Below, piece after piece: positions 15,079 to 24,158 of a stretch of DNA of 64,000 nt. Below the pieces are notes generated by a model. That model was not told where the DNA came from, made no database searches, and saw nothing but the letters and a program-made list of their open reading frames with translations. Origin of the DNA: Escherichia coli (GTDB lineage Bacteria > Pseudomonadota > Gammaproteobacteria > Enterobacterales > Enterobacteriaceae); assembly GCA_022969815.1 (NCBI GenBank), contig GCA_022969815.1_4535.1; one strand, given 5' to 3'. Every line of letters begins with the position of its first letter. Position 1 is the stretch's first letter. Position numbers and translations under genes: made by a program.

Positions 15079-15362
15079 TTTGTTTCTCCTCGTTCTGCGT
15101 CCAATTTCAATAAGAAGGCTGCATACTCTTCCGAACCTTTGTGTAAGAACATACGATAAGAACTCACCAGTTTCTTCGTTGTCGTATAACGTTCCATTTC
15201 CCCAACAACACCTCCACCCAGAGTGTAGAGAACAACGCCTTCAACCCCGACATGGGTTACGACTTCAACCATGTCCGTGTTATCCCAGTGATATTTAGGG
15301 GATACAATAAGATCGCCAACTGCTAATTTGATGTTTGCCACTTCGTCTTGTGAATAGTACAT
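15075..15362 (-). CDS. hypothetical protein, 95 aa
   Basis: internal ATG 15360-15362 with GAGGAG SD chosen. Confidence 0.5.
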   Translation of the reverse strand: MYYSQDEVANIKLAVGDLIVSPKYHWDNTDMVEVVTHVGVEGVVLYTLGGGVVGEMERYTTTKKLVSSYRMFLHKGSEEYAAFLLKLDAERGETK

Positions 15363-15399
15363 TTTGTTCTCCTCTCTTAGTTGATGGAAGTAGTATACC

Positions 15400-15891
15400 T
15401 TACCACATAATCTCGCGCAACTCTTTTTCTTCTTTAAAATTACGTAAGTTCTCGATTGCACGGTTTAGTTCTTGTTCCGTCTCTGCTTTCTGAACTTTTT
15501 CCATCATTTTTGCAACAATATCTTTCTTAACTTGAAGATCTGGAACAGGCATACGTTTTTCCATTTCATAAACTTCTCGTCTGTGACGTTCTTCCATCTC
15601 TGCCTTTTCTTTCACCCAATCCGCCTCGTCCATTGCGCCTTTGCAGACACAAGTGTAACCTTTAATATCATAATCCCCATGCTCAATACCAGGTTGAAGG
15701 GATAACGCTTCATTGCCACAATACGCGCACAATGGACGACCTGGCATTTTCAAAGTTTTGGTGGCCTTAGCGCCACATTGACTGTCCCAGCTTGTTTTGT
15801 AGCTGGAACCTGCATCTCCATGTGTTTTTCCAACAAGGAAGTTACGGAAGAAGCCAGTAGCACGTTCGTCGATGTATTCAGGGTAAGCCAT
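15400..15891 (-). CDS. cysteine-cluster (zinc-binding) protein, 163 aa
   Basis: CAYC...CVC cysteines followed by a charged coiled-coil tail; ATG 15889-15891. Confidence 0.6.
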   Translation of the reverse strand: MAYPEYIDERATGFFRNFLVGKTHGDAGSSYKTSWDSQCGAKATKTLKMPGRPLCAYCGNEALSLQPGIEHGDYDIKGYTCVCKGAMDEADWVKEKAEMEERHRREVYEMEKRMPVPDLQVKKDIVAKMMEKVQKAETEQELNRAIENLRNFKEEKELREIMW

Positions 15892-15904
15892 TGTATTTCT
15901 CCTC

Positions 15905-16195
15905 TCACATTAAGACACGTTTTGTGTCGATGGGTGCATTATCAAACATCCGAAGAACGTTGTCAAGCAGTTTTACTAATTCATTTGTAATTTGTTCCTC
16001 TGAACGAGAAGAAGTAAGTACCTTACTCTCACCAACGATGTGCATCACCTTGATAGGAGCGTTCAGGATAATATTATGCTGCTCATCTTCTTCAAAAGAT
16101 GCTAACCACTTCTCATTATTCCCGTGCAAAGCCACGATAACACCAAAACCGTTGATAGTTTGTGAAATGTTCTTAGTTGCTAATGTAATGTTCAT
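15905..16195 (-). CDS. hypothetical protein, 96 aa (first gene of the leftward operon)
   Basis: ATG 16193-16195, AGAGAGG SD. Confidence 0.55.
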   Translation of the reverse strand: MNITLATKNISQTINGFGVIVALHGNNEKWLASFEEDEQHNIILNAPIKVMHIVGESKVLTSSRSEEQITNELVKLLDNVLRMFDNAPIDTKRVLM

Positions 16196-16223
16196 TGTTC
16201 ACCTCTCTTAATAATGTAGGGCT

Positions 16224-16251
16224 ATTGTACACTAAAAATATTTCAGGTCAA
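16224..16251 (-). promoter_or_regulatory. leftward promoter of a divergent pair
   Basis: -35 TTGACC (rc 16246-16251), 16-nt spacer, -10 TACAAT (rc 16224-16229). Confidence 0.6.
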
Positions 16252-16254
16252 GTG

Positions 16255-16282
16255 TTGACAAGCTTTTTGGTTCTGTTATGAT
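16255..16282 (+). promoter_or_regulatory. rightward promoter of a divergent pair
   Basis: -35 TTGACA 16255-16260, 16-nt spacer, extended -10 TGtTATGAT 16274-16282. Confidence 0.65.
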
Positions 16283-16312
16283 TAGCTCATACCAAATGAG
16301 AGGAGAAAACAA

Positions 16313-16729
16313 ATGCAAAACATCAAACTGACTTGGACCGAAGCTAAAGAAGCAATGAAGGAAGGTAGACGTGTTGAGCACAGCTATTTTTGTGGTGGCG
16401 AATGGTTTGAGATGCGGGATGGTGTTATTCTCGACGAACACGGTTATAACATGGAAACTTGGTTCAGAGGGGAGGCTTGGCAAGAAGAGGATTGGTCTGT
16501 AATTGAGGAAGAAGACAATAAGGAAGAACGCGAAATGCGTGAAACAAAGATGCCTGAACTGGACTACCATCGCCTGGAACTTCTTGTGGCAGCATCTTTC
16601 GCTACTGGAGATACAATGTGGCAAACTCCGGTGTCCCGTGTCGATAACCAAAATAAACCGTCTGCCCGTAATCACAAGCTTTACAAAGGTAAAGGTCATA
16701 ACAAACTGAAGAAAGGAAAGAAGAAATGA
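16313..16729 (+). CDS. hypothetical protein with basic C-terminal tail, 138 aa
   Basis: ATG 16313, GAGAGGAG SD; C-terminus KGKGHNKLKKGKKK. Confidence 0.6.
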   Translation: MQNIKLTWTEAKEAMKEGRRVEHSYFCGGEWFEMRDGVILDEHGYNMETWFRGEAWQEEDWSVIEEEDNKEEREMRETKMPELDYHRLELLVAASFATGDTMWQTPVSRVDNQNKPSARNHKLYKGKGHNKLKKGKKK

Positions 16730-16872
16730 TCTACAAAAACAAGTTCACTGGTTGTCTACGTAAGTTTGTCGATAAGAAAGGTTATGTTTCGCTTGACAAC
16801 GGGACTACATGGGTGCAGAATGGGACTTCAGAACAATTGATCAAGGCTCTGCCTTACTACGAGGAGGTTTAA
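16726..16872 (+). CDS. small protein, 48 aa (not in ORF track)
   Basis: ATGA overlap with the upstream stop; its stop abuts the next ATG at 16873; reads MIYKNKFTGCLRKFVDKKGYVSLDNGTTWVQNGTSEQLIKALPYYEEV. Confidence 0.4.
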   Translation: MIYKNKFTGCLRKFVDKKGYVSLDNGTTWVQNGTSEQLIKALPYYEEV

Positions 16873-17196
16873 ATGTCCAACAATCTGTTTAGCGTGTCAA
16901 TCGCACCGCGTGTTAATATTCGCTGCCAGTTTGTTACCTTGCCAGGCGTGACACACATTACTTTAGAGTATGATCCTCGTTCACGAGAGAACCCAATTAC
17001 AGGTAAGATTGATTCAGCCTACGGCGACTTCCTGATGGATCACCAAGCGATCTTATGTTGTGTGCAACGCTTACAGGCAGGGTCTTTATACATCTTTAAG
17101 AAGTCTGTGTTCCAAGAGATTGCTCAAGCAGTTGAAAGCGGTATGGAGACTCTTAACGCTATGATTGAATCAGCTAACAAGAAGGAGGTTTTATGA
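16873..17196 (+). CDS. hypothetical protein, 107 aa
   Basis: ATG with GAGGAGG SD. Confidence 0.6.
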   Translation: MSNNLFSVSIAPRVNIRCQFVTLPGVTHITLEYDPRSRENPITGKIDSAYGDFLMDHQAILCCVQRLQAGSLYIFKKSVFQEIAQAVESGMETLNAMIESANKKEVL

Positions 17197-17450
17197 CACT
17201 TTATCACGTAACTACAGAAGGCGACTGTGAAGGCCGCACTACAAAAGATTTGGGGTATGTTGAAGCAGATTCACCTGAACATGCTATCAAATACCTGCAC
17301 TCCATCGGGAAGTATGCGGGTTATGAGTATACTATCAACGAGGTTGAAGTTAACCCTATACAAGTGGCAACTCCTATGGCAGAGTTGAAACATCTTAAGG
17401 CAAAAGTAAGACCTGGTATAGTGTCCGATTACAAAGGGGAAGTAAAATGA
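17193..17450 (+). CDS. hypothetical protein, 85 aa
   Basis: ATGA overlap, AAGGAGG SD. Confidence 0.6.
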   Translation: MTLYHVTTEGDCEGRTTKDLGYVEADSPEHAIKYLHSIGKYAGYEYTINEVEVNPIQVATPMAELKHLKAKVRPGIVSDYKGEVK

Positions 17451-17656
17451 GTGGATGGATTAAAGTATCTGGCACCGAGGATGTTCCTGTCGGAGAGTGG
17501 TTTGTAATCATGGCAAACGGCAAGAAGGGATTCTGTGAAGTTAACAAAACACGCAATGGCACGGTAGCTGTTATCAATGGTCATTTTTATTTTGACTTGG
17601 CACCTGTGATCGCATATCATGAACTACCAACATATGAAGAGGAGACTAACAAATGA
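17447..17656 (+). CDS. hypothetical protein, 69 aa
   Basis: ATGA overlap. Confidence 0.55.
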   Translation: MSGWIKVSGTEDVPVGEWFVIMANGKKGFCEVNKTRNGTVAVINGHFYFDLAPVIAYHELPTYEEETNK

Positions 17657-17949
17657 GCCTTACCACTATGCACAAAACACTGCTCAAACTATTTAACAAT
17701 CAACGTAATCTTTTGATCGAAGATTTCCGTAGCTTTAAACGTAACAAGGTCAATCGTGCCTACATGCCTCATTCAGCCTTTGATGCCACGTTAAAAGAGT
17801 TTCGTAACCGTATCTCTGAAATGGATGCTTACATCCGTGGCACAAAGCTTGCACGCACAGTAACTATCCAAACAGGGTTGTTGCACTTTTATGATGGAAC
17901 TACCGGATCGATCTACAATCCAGACAGCATAGAGAATTATTTAAAATAA
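17653..17949 (+). CDS. hypothetical protein, 98 aa
   Basis: ATGA overlap. Confidence 0.6.
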   Translation: MSLTTMHKTLLKLFNNQRNLLIEDFRSFKRNKVNRAYMPHSAFDATLKEFRNRISEMDAYIRGTKLARTVTIQTGLLHFYDGTTGSIYNPDSIENYLK

Positions 17950-17952
17950 TTG

Positions 17953-17982
17953 TTGACTTTGATATACGAAGTATGCTACCCT
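17953..17982 (+). promoter_or_regulatory. candidate promoter TTGACTTTGAT...TACCCT
   Basis: -35 TTGACT 17953-17958, 18-nt spacer, -10-like TACCCT 17977-17982; same motif recurs at 42838. Confidence 0.35.
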
Positions 17983-18058
17983 ACCCACGAAGTGCCGAGC
18001 GGGAGCGAGGTATAAGTGTTACCCTCCCGTTAGGGTAGAGGGTAGTAATTATAGTTTC

Positions 18059-18112
18059 TATCGTTAGATTGTTCGAAGAACAGAAACTTAGATCTTGTTC
18101 TTATCGTTAGAT
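18059..18112. repeat. direct repeat TATCGTTAGAT x2 with palindrome TGTTCGAAGAACA
   Basis: copies at 18060-18070 and 18102-18112; palindrome at 18070-18082; in the 200-bp leader of gene 18152. Confidence 0.5.
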
Positions 18113-18151
18113 GATCGTAAGATCAAGAACATAATATAGAGGAGATAAAGA

Positions 18152-18688
18152 ATGAAATTGTTAGATTATGCGATGGTTATGGATCTTAGTGTGCTTCGTG
18201 ACGATGCTCAATACATGACACAGAACCAGGAAGGCACCTTAAACCTGTATTCTGCCTATCCACGTAATCATGGCCCAGTTACAACTTACGGTTGGGGTGA
18301 TAGCAACTTCCTGGATTACTACCCAGCGCCACGTAGCCTGGAAACTGCTGAAGATTGGTTCCACTCTATTATCAACTTGCAAGCAATCCGTGACTACCAA
18401 GAGAGTGGGTCAGATAGCAACCTGGCAAATACATTAGGAACATTGAATACCATCTCTTACACAGAGAAGCCGCCTAAGCTTTACTTCCTGCGGGATATTC
18501 CAGAAGGCACTTTCTTTGTCTATGGCGGTGCTGACGCTTCTGGTGAGCCTCCTATCTGGCAGAAAGTAGATGGTGGTTTAGCAGTTATGTTTGATACAGG
18601 GATCACTTCTCCGCAAGATACCTTCTCTCAAGATCGTATGTGGAAAATCTTGAAAGCGCATCTGACTGTTAGCCCAATCCGAGAATAA
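18152..18688 (+). CDS. hypothetical protein, 178 aa
   Basis: ATG 18152, GAGGAG SD. Confidence 0.65.
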   Translation: MKLLDYAMVMDLSVLRDDAQYMTQNQEGTLNLYSAYPRNHGPVTTYGWGDSNFLDYYPAPRSLETAEDWFHSIINLQAIRDYQESGSDSNLANTLGTLNTISYTEKPPKLYFLRDIPEGTFFVYGGADASGEPPIWQKVDGGLAVMFDTGITSPQDTFSQDRMWKILKAHLTVSPIRE

Positions 18689-18708
18689 TCTTAATCTGTA
18701 AATAAGTC

Positions 18709-18737
18709 TTGATCACGAGGTTGTATTCTGGTAGAAT
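18709..18737 (+). promoter_or_regulatory. sigma70-type promoter
   Basis: -35 TTGATC 18709-18714, 17-nt spacer, -10 TAGAAT 18732-18737. Confidence 0.55.
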
Positions 18738-18766
18738 GCAATCTCACTAAACAAAAGGAGATTTAA

Positions 18767-18964
18767 ATGGCTACGAAGAAACAAAAAATGAAATGTCTGT
18801 CACTGACTCAACTGGGACACAGTGCAGGTTGTGTGACGATCGGTAAAACCTACTCCACCACTTTGAATAAAGAGAACAACAGCTTTACATTCAAAGATGA
18901 CAATGGTAACATGCAGGTGGGTATTTACCCTGAGTGTGCATTCGGCACTTGGGAAAAAGTTTAA
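18767..18964 (+). CDS. hypothetical protein, 65 aa
   Basis: ATG 18767, AAGGAG SD. Confidence 0.55.
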   Translation: MATKKQKMKCLSLTQLGHSAGCVTIGKTYSTTLNKENNSFTFKDDNGNMQVGIYPECAFGTWEKV

Positions 18965-18983
18965 TTAACTGATCGGAGGGAGT

Positions 18984-19157
18984 ATGCAAGACAAGAAAAA
19001 TAATGTTCGTTATGCTTTGTACGGACGTATGGGCGTAGACTGCGAATGGAGACTTCTGTTACAGCGTATTCCCTCTTATCAAGAAGCCATGACGAAGCGA
19101 GAACATTATAAGAAGACGTGGAGACACGTTGTTTGCAAACATTACGAGGAGGCATAA
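18984..19157 (+). CDS. small protein, 57 aa (not in ORF track)
   Basis: ATG 18984 with GGAGGGAG SD; stop overlaps the next start (TAATG); reads MQDKKNNVRYALYGRMGVDCEWRLLLQRIPSYQEAMTKREHYKKTWRHVVCKHYEEA. Confidence 0.4.
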   Translation: MQDKKNNVRYALYGRMGVDCEWRLLLQRIPSYQEAMTKREHYKKTWRHVVCKHYEEA

Positions 19158-19465
19158 TGAGCACATTATCAACAGCAGTCAAGTTCCACCAGGATTATGA
19201 AGAAGCTGTCAAAGATGCTGACAATCCTTCCTCATTAGTGTTTGAGGATCGTACAGGTTTGAAGTGGGTTAAATCTTTCGATGAGATCTATTTCTGGTAT
19301 CCGCAGGGAGCCACAAGCAATAGTTCTCTGTATAGCTACGAACTGGAATACCGTGGCCCTGTAGACGAAGATGAAAACTTTATCATGTATTTCGTAAATA
19401 ATGGTTGCGGTGAAACGTTTAATGTTGTATTCTCTAAAGCAGATGAGTCTGACGAGGAGGTGTGA
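19157..19465 (+). CDS. hypothetical protein, 102 aa (paralog A)
   Basis: ATG 19157 with GAGGAGG SD chosen over the track start 19118; paralogous to 19462..19770. Confidence 0.55.
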   Translation: MSTLSTAVKFHQDYEEAVKDADNPSSLVFEDRTGLKWVKSFDEIYFWYPQGATSNSSLYSYELEYRGPVDEDENFIMYFVNNGCGETFNVVFSKADESDEEV

Positions 19466-19770
19466 TGCAGTACAATACGACTTTAAGTTTGGCAGTTGCA
19501 GCCCACATGCTGTACAATGATTCTGTGAAGGATGAGTTGTCGCCTGTGAGTTTAGCTTTCTATCTGATAGACAGGGATTGGATGTTCTCTGGTGAGGATG
19601 AAATCTACTACGTAAATTCGCGCGGGTTTATTGAAAGTTTTGAACTTGAACATCGCGCACCAACAGCAGAAGATGATCGTTTTATTATGTTCTGTGTAAA
19701 TGATGGTTACGGAGAGGTATATGACGTAGTATTCTTCAAAAACCGACAGAAGACTGAAGAGGAATTCTAA
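19462..19770 (+). CDS. hypothetical protein, 102 aa (paralog B)
   Basis: shares F(V/I)E...E(L/Y)(E/R)...(V/I)N(N/D)G(C/Y)GE(T/V)(F/Y)(N/D)VVF with the upstream gene. Confidence 0.6.
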   Translation: MMQYNTTLSLAVAAHMLYNDSVKDELSPVSLAFYLIDRDWMFSGEDEIYYVNSRGFIESFELEHRAPTAEDDRFIMFCVNDGYGEVYDVVFFKNRQKTEEEF

Positions 19771-20133
19771 ATGAAAAAGCTACTTTGTATCTTGATGTTG
19801 ATGATTGCCACCAATGCTACAGCCGCCCGTGACGGTTTCAAGATTGGGGTGGAAGGTAGCCAATTCTTCACTTGGTACGGTGGTGAAGCTGTCTACCAGG
19901 TGGATGATAAAAAGTATAACTGTAAGTTTGATCGTATAGATCGTGGAGTAGATAGTTGGGGCGACGCTTATAAAGCAACAGGTTTCTATTGCACAAAAGA
20001 TTTATATATTACAGTCAAAGAACCACAAGACAACAGAAAGGTGTTGTTTATTGTGATAAACCCTGCTAAATTTGAAGAACGTAAAGCTTATTATGCAGAT
20101 ATGTTCATTGAATACAAAAAGGAGGAGAAATGA
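19771..20133 (+). CDS. secreted protein, 120 aa
   Basis: signal peptide MKKLLCILMLMIATNATAA. Confidence 0.6.
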   Translation: MKKLLCILMLMIATNATAARDGFKIGVEGSQFFTWYGGEAVYQVDDKKYNCKFDRIDRGVDSWGDAYKATGFYCTKDLYITVKEPQDNRKVLFIVINPAKFEERKAYYADMFIEYKKEEK

Positions 20134-20492
20134 GAGAAACAATCGTAGATGTTGTTATTAATGGTCAACGTTATGTACCTGTTGTAGAGAAGGCTGAACC
20201 AGATGCTTTAGATGTTGTCTTTGAGGATGATGATCTTGGCACTGTTACTGTACGTGAATATTTCAGACGACTGCTCTCTACACTTTGGGAAGAAGAAGAT
20301 AGTTTCAGTGGAAAACGACCTTTTGGTAACTCTTGCTGGCAGTTCGATTTGATTATCGGTTTGATCGATGCTGGCTACCTGGAGGGTAAAGTTTATCGTG
20401 ACGAAGATGGTGGTATAGAAGATACTGATTATGATCGTGAAGAAGCAGATAAACTCATTCAAGGTCTAATTTCACGCATGTGTTTGGGGTAA
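20130..20492 (+). CDS. hypothetical protein, 120 aa
   Basis: ATGA overlap, AAGGAGGAG SD. Confidence 0.6.
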   Translation: MRETIVDVVINGQRYVPVVEKAEPDALDVVFEDDDLGTVTVREYFRRLLSTLWEEEDSFSGKRPFGNSCWQFDLIIGLIDAGYLEGKVYRDEDGGIEDTDYDREEADKLIQGLISRMCLG

Positions 20493-20493
20493 T

Positions 20494-20862
20494 ATGAAAG
20501 TCTTGAACTTCTACCATTTAGGTAAAGTTGTTCCCGACACTGCAACATACATTGGACGCGCGATGCCCCACTTCGGGCTGAAAGCGTCAAAGTTTGCCAA
20601 CCCGTTCAAACTGAAAGAGGATGAACCAAGAGGTGCTACTATCCAAAGATACAAAGAGTGGTTGTGGGATCAGATTCGTTCTGGTAAGATAACTCTTGAA
20701 GATTTGTTGGAGTTGGAAGGTAAAGATGTAGTCTGCTTTTGCTCGCCACAACCGTGCCACGGAGATGTGCTCGTTGCAGCCGTGACATGGGCGAGAAGGG
20801 AATACGATAGACGTAATCCACCGTTTGTGGATGGGTATTGGAACTGGGAGGAGAATCTATGA
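20494..20862 (+). CDS. DUF4326-like protein, 122 aa
   Basis: G(K/R)...NPF...(V/L)xCFCSPQPCHGDVL pattern. Confidence 0.55.
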   Translation: MKVLNFYHLGKVVPDTATYIGRAMPHFGLKASKFANPFKLKEDEPRGATIQRYKEWLWDQIRSGKITLEDLLELEGKDVVCFCSPQPCHGDVLVAAVTWARREYDRRNPPFVDGYWNWEENL

Positions 20863-21212
20863 AGAACATTGTTGCGGTGGATGTATTTGGTGCAAGCGTT
20901 TTGCAAGACAAGCAAGCTCTGCTGTACCACTATGAAGAAGACAAGCTTACGTACATTTATGTCGGGTCAGAAAAGTATCGTATCTTTGATTTGGCTTTGT
21001 TGAAAGAGGGTGATCTCCCTTTAACAGAGAAGCTATACGGCTTCAAATTCAGACGAGATGTAAAGCTTGATGGGAAGATTGCAGTGATTCAAGTTGACGC
21101 GTATTATATCATTACCTTTGTCACCCCTGTGTTCAGCGATCTGAACGGAGAAGGTGCTATTAATGATGTGATCGTCCTGAAAGTAGGTAATGCACTGCAC
21201 GATGTGAAATAA
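20859..21212 (+). CDS. hypothetical protein, 117 aa
   Basis: ATG 20859 with GGGAGGAG SD and ATGA overlap chosen over the track start 20838. Confidence 0.55.
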   Translation: MKNIVAVDVFGASVLQDKQALLYHYEEDKLTYIYVGSEKYRIFDLALLKEGDLPLTEKLYGFKFRRDVKLDGKIAVIQVDAYYIITFVTPVFSDLNGEGAINDVIVLKVGNALHDVK

Positions 21213-21223
21213 CAGGAGGTAGT

Positions 21224-21733
21224 ATGTTCTTTGACGTAGATTCCTTATTCGTTGCCACTGCTGGACAATCTGCGGTTAACGCAGAGTTTGAAGAAAGGGA
21301 GGCGTGGATTGATGCTCATAACTATGATCCTACAAACCTAAACTGGTGCCGTATGGATATCAAAGGTATGAGCAGGGATAGTGCGTTTAGGGCATACTAC
21401 GCTGTATATACTCTTGACAATCTTTATCAGTATTTTGTATTCCGTAATATGATTGTCAACCTTAATCTTGCTGGGAGGCTCAAGAACAAGAAAGAGTTTA
21501 CCCTGGGTCACTACATACCGTTCAAAAAAGGTGGTGAACATTTTCCTTCCAACTGGACAGTGCAAATAAGAGTTGAAAATAACCATGCAGGTGATACAAT
21601 ACCAAAAGTCAAAACAAAATGGTCATGGGAGAAACAGGAACGTTATATACGTTCCCATCTCCCACCAAACTTGAGAGAGCCGTATGCGAGTCGGGCCTTT
21701 CATTTAATGAATATTGTCAAGAGTTTTTACTAA
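21224..21733 (+). CDS. hypothetical protein, 169 aa
   Basis: ATG 21224, AGGAGG SD. Confidence 0.6.
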   Translation: MFFDVDSLFVATAGQSAVNAEFEEREAWIDAHNYDPTNLNWCRMDIKGMSRDSAFRAYYAVYTLDNLYQYFVFRNMIVNLNLAGRLKNKKEFTLGHYIPFKKGGEHFPSNWTVQIRVENNHAGDTIPKVKTKWSWEKQERYIRSHLPPNLREPYASRAFHLMNIVKSFY

Positions 21734-21743
21734 GGAGGATTTA

Positions 21744-23345
21744 GTGTCTAATAATTTGAGTTTCACTCCAACCGAAGAGCAATTTGCTATTGAGCGTGCT
21801 TTCGGGGAAAACCGTTTTGTAACTATTCAAGCAAAATCTGGTTCGGGGAAAACATCTACCCTATACATGCTGGCAAATGGCACAGACAAGAGCATCCTGT
21901 ACCTGGCATTCAACAAAAGCATGGCAGAAGAAGCGCGTCGTAAGATGCCGAGTAATGTAGAGTGTCGAACTCTGCACTCAATTTGCTATCAGAAGCTTCC
22001 GCAAAATTTACGTCACAAACTCTCACGTCCTGAAGGAAAATATGTGAATGTGGCGGGAACAGGTAGCGAAATCGCCAAGAAGTTTAAGATCCAAAACCTT
22101 ATTGATAAAAACGGAAAGACTTTGGTCACTCGTGCTATGATCGGTTTAATGGTTAAACAAACTTTGGCTAAATATGAGTTTTCAGATGATGAGCATATCT
22201 CTTTGAAACACTTCCCTAAAATGCACATCTCTGACCTGAAACGTAAGAATGTGAATGAGAATAAGCTGATCGCAGAAGTCGTTAAATATGCAAAACAATT
22301 GTGGCGTGAGCGTATTGATCCTAACTCGGAAACGATCATGACTCATGACACCTATGTGAAACTGTTCGAACTATCGGGCGAAGACTTAGGGTATGATATC
22401 ATCTTTGGTGATGAGTTCCAGGATGTTAACCCTGCGTTTCTGTCTATCCTGTGTAACGCAGAAAAGGCCAGTCGTATTGTGGTTGTAGGTGATGAGTTCC
22501 AGAGTATTTATCAGTTCCGAGGTAGTCAGAACATGATGAAAGAGACTGCTCAATATGGTGTGGAATTACCATTGACAGCATGTTTCCGTTTTGGTCCTAA
22601 AGTGGCAGATATTGCTAATGCGATCCTTAGTGATAAAACTCCCCTGGCCCATCCATTGGTAGGGAAAGGGTATAACACGGTGACAGGTAGCTTCCACTCG
22701 GATATAGTGGACTTCTCCAAACCGTACACAATCATCTTCCGTAAAAACCTGACATTGCTTATGGATGCAATGGATCGTATTGCGAACGGAGAAGATATCA
22801 ATATTAACGTTGACACCAAAGATTTTATTGCTATGGTGGACAGTGTGAATGCATTGCGTCGCGGAGATATTGATAAAGTTAAGCATGAGACTGTTCTCCC
22901 TTATGCAGACTGGCAGGAGTTTGTGGATTGTGCAGAATCAGATCCAGACGCTAAACGTTTACTGAATATTGTTGTTTCCGGTAAGGCTAACAATATTGCT
23001 TATACGTTGCGTATGCACCGTAATTCACCTACAGCAAAGGTGACGCTGACCACAGCACACAAATCGAAAGGTTTGGAATGGGATCAAGTTATCGTTGCAA
23101 ATGACTTCCCTTCAAACTATGATAAGAAGACACGCGAGTGGGTAGGACTGGAAGAATCTGAACGTAACCTTCTGTATGTTGCTCACACACGTTGTATTAA
23201 ATGTTTGCAGTGGAATGAGACAGTGCATGAGATCTTAACCATGCAGCAATTAGGCGGAGATACATCTCCTAAGATGACTGAAGAAGATGAAATGGTTGCA
23301 GCATTGGCTCGTAAGATCAAGCAGATTCGATGCGAGGAGTATTAA
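21744..23345 (+). CDS. SF1 UvrD/Rep-like DNA helicase, 533 aa
   Basis: Walker A AKSGSGKTS, motif II VVVGDEFQ, motif VI TAHKSKGLEWDQV; GTG start 21744 with AAGGAGG SD just after the upstream stop. Confidence 0.85.
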   Translation: MSNNLSFTPTEEQFAIERAFGENRFVTIQAKSGSGKTSTLYMLANGTDKSILYLAFNKSMAEEARRKMPSNVECRTLHSICYQKLPQNLRHKLSRPEGKYVNVAGTGSEIAKKFKIQNLIDKNGKTLVTRAMIGLMVKQTLAKYEFSDDEHISLKHFPKMHISDLKRKNVNENKLIAEVVKYAKQLWRERIDPNSETIMTHDTYVKLFELSGEDLGYDIIFGDEFQDVNPAFLSILCNAEKASRIVVVGDEFQSIYQFRGSQNMMKETAQYGVELPLTACFRFGPKVADIANAILSDKTPLAHPLVGKGYNTVTGSFHSDIVDFSKPYTIIFRKNLTLLMDAMDRIANGEDININVDTKDFIAMVDSVNALRRGDIDKVKHETVLPYADWQEFVDCAESDPDAKRLLNIVVSGKANNIAYTLRMHRNSPTAKVTLTTAHKSKGLEWDQVIVANDFPSNYDKKTREWVGLEESERNLLYVAHTRCIKCLQWNETVHEILTMQQLGGDTSPKMTEEDEMVAALARKIKQIRCEEY

Positions 23346-23346
23346 T

Positions 23347-23598
23347 ATGGCGGGTTATCATTTAATAGATATTGAGAAACAACCTTACGGCAGTATTGAA
23401 AAGATTCAGGAAGAAGTTTATGAACTTTTTGATGCTGTCGAACAGGATTGCAGACTTATGCAATTGGTCGAATTGTCAGATATTGTGGGTGCTGTTGAAG
23501 GTGTGCTGGAGACACAGTTTCCTGGGATGACGTTGCAAGATTTGATCACTATGTCAGACCTTACCAAACGTGCTTTCCGCACAGGAGGAAGATCATGA
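23347..23598 (+). CDS. hypothetical protein, 83 aa
   Basis: ATG 23347 with GAGGAG SD chosen over the track start 23287. Confidence 0.5.
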   Translation: MAGYHLIDIEKQPYGSIEKIQEEVYELFDAVEQDCRLMQLVELSDIVGAVEGVLETQFPGMTLQDLITMSDLTKRAFRTGGRS

Positions 23599-24158
23599 AT
23601 GGGGAAGTCATTGCCAATGCGATCCACTATTACGGACGCTATGCACAAATGATTCAAGTACCTTACCTGGTAGATGCAGATATTCTTGCATACACACTAC
23701 CAGAAGGTAAAGAGGATCGCCCTTTGGGGCATCCTAATGGGAGATTCTATGTTGCCAGCGCAGAACAATCCTTCCTCCAGATGGAGAAAGATGGTTTTGA
23801 GTTTGTAGCAGAACACCCTTATATGGCATTGACCCCATGTTACCGCACAGAAGATGTTCTTGATGAAAGTCATTTTAACATCTTTCTGAAACTGGAATTG
23901 ATTGAGTTTTATCCGAAACATGGACCTATAGCATATGCAAAGGATATGTGTAATTTTCTTTGGACCTATTATAGTCTGGAAACACGTATAGTAAAAACTG
24001 AAATAGGGTTTGACGTGGAAGACAAATATGGGTTAGAATTAGGGTCATTCGGAATGAGGAATTCTCCGAAAGGTCATCCGTACATGTATGCCACAGGCAT
24101 AGCAGAACCACGAGCATCTATTGCTCTTAACCACAGAGAGGGGTTTATTTATGAATAA
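23595..24158 (+). CDS. hypothetical protein with class II aminoacyl-tRNA synthetase-like motifs, 187 aa
   Basis: PCYRTEDVLDESH...LELIEFY resembles class II motif 2; GLELGSFGMR resembles motif 3; tentative. Confidence 0.45.
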   Translation: MNGEVIANAIHYYGRYAQMIQVPYLVDADILAYTLPEGKEDRPLGHPNGRFYVASAEQSFLQMEKDGFEFVAEHPYMALTPCYRTEDVLDESHFNIFLKLELIEFYPKHGPIAYAKDMCNFLWTYYSLETRIVKTEIGFDVEDKYGLELGSFGMRNSPKGHPYMYATGIAEPRASIALNHREGFIYE

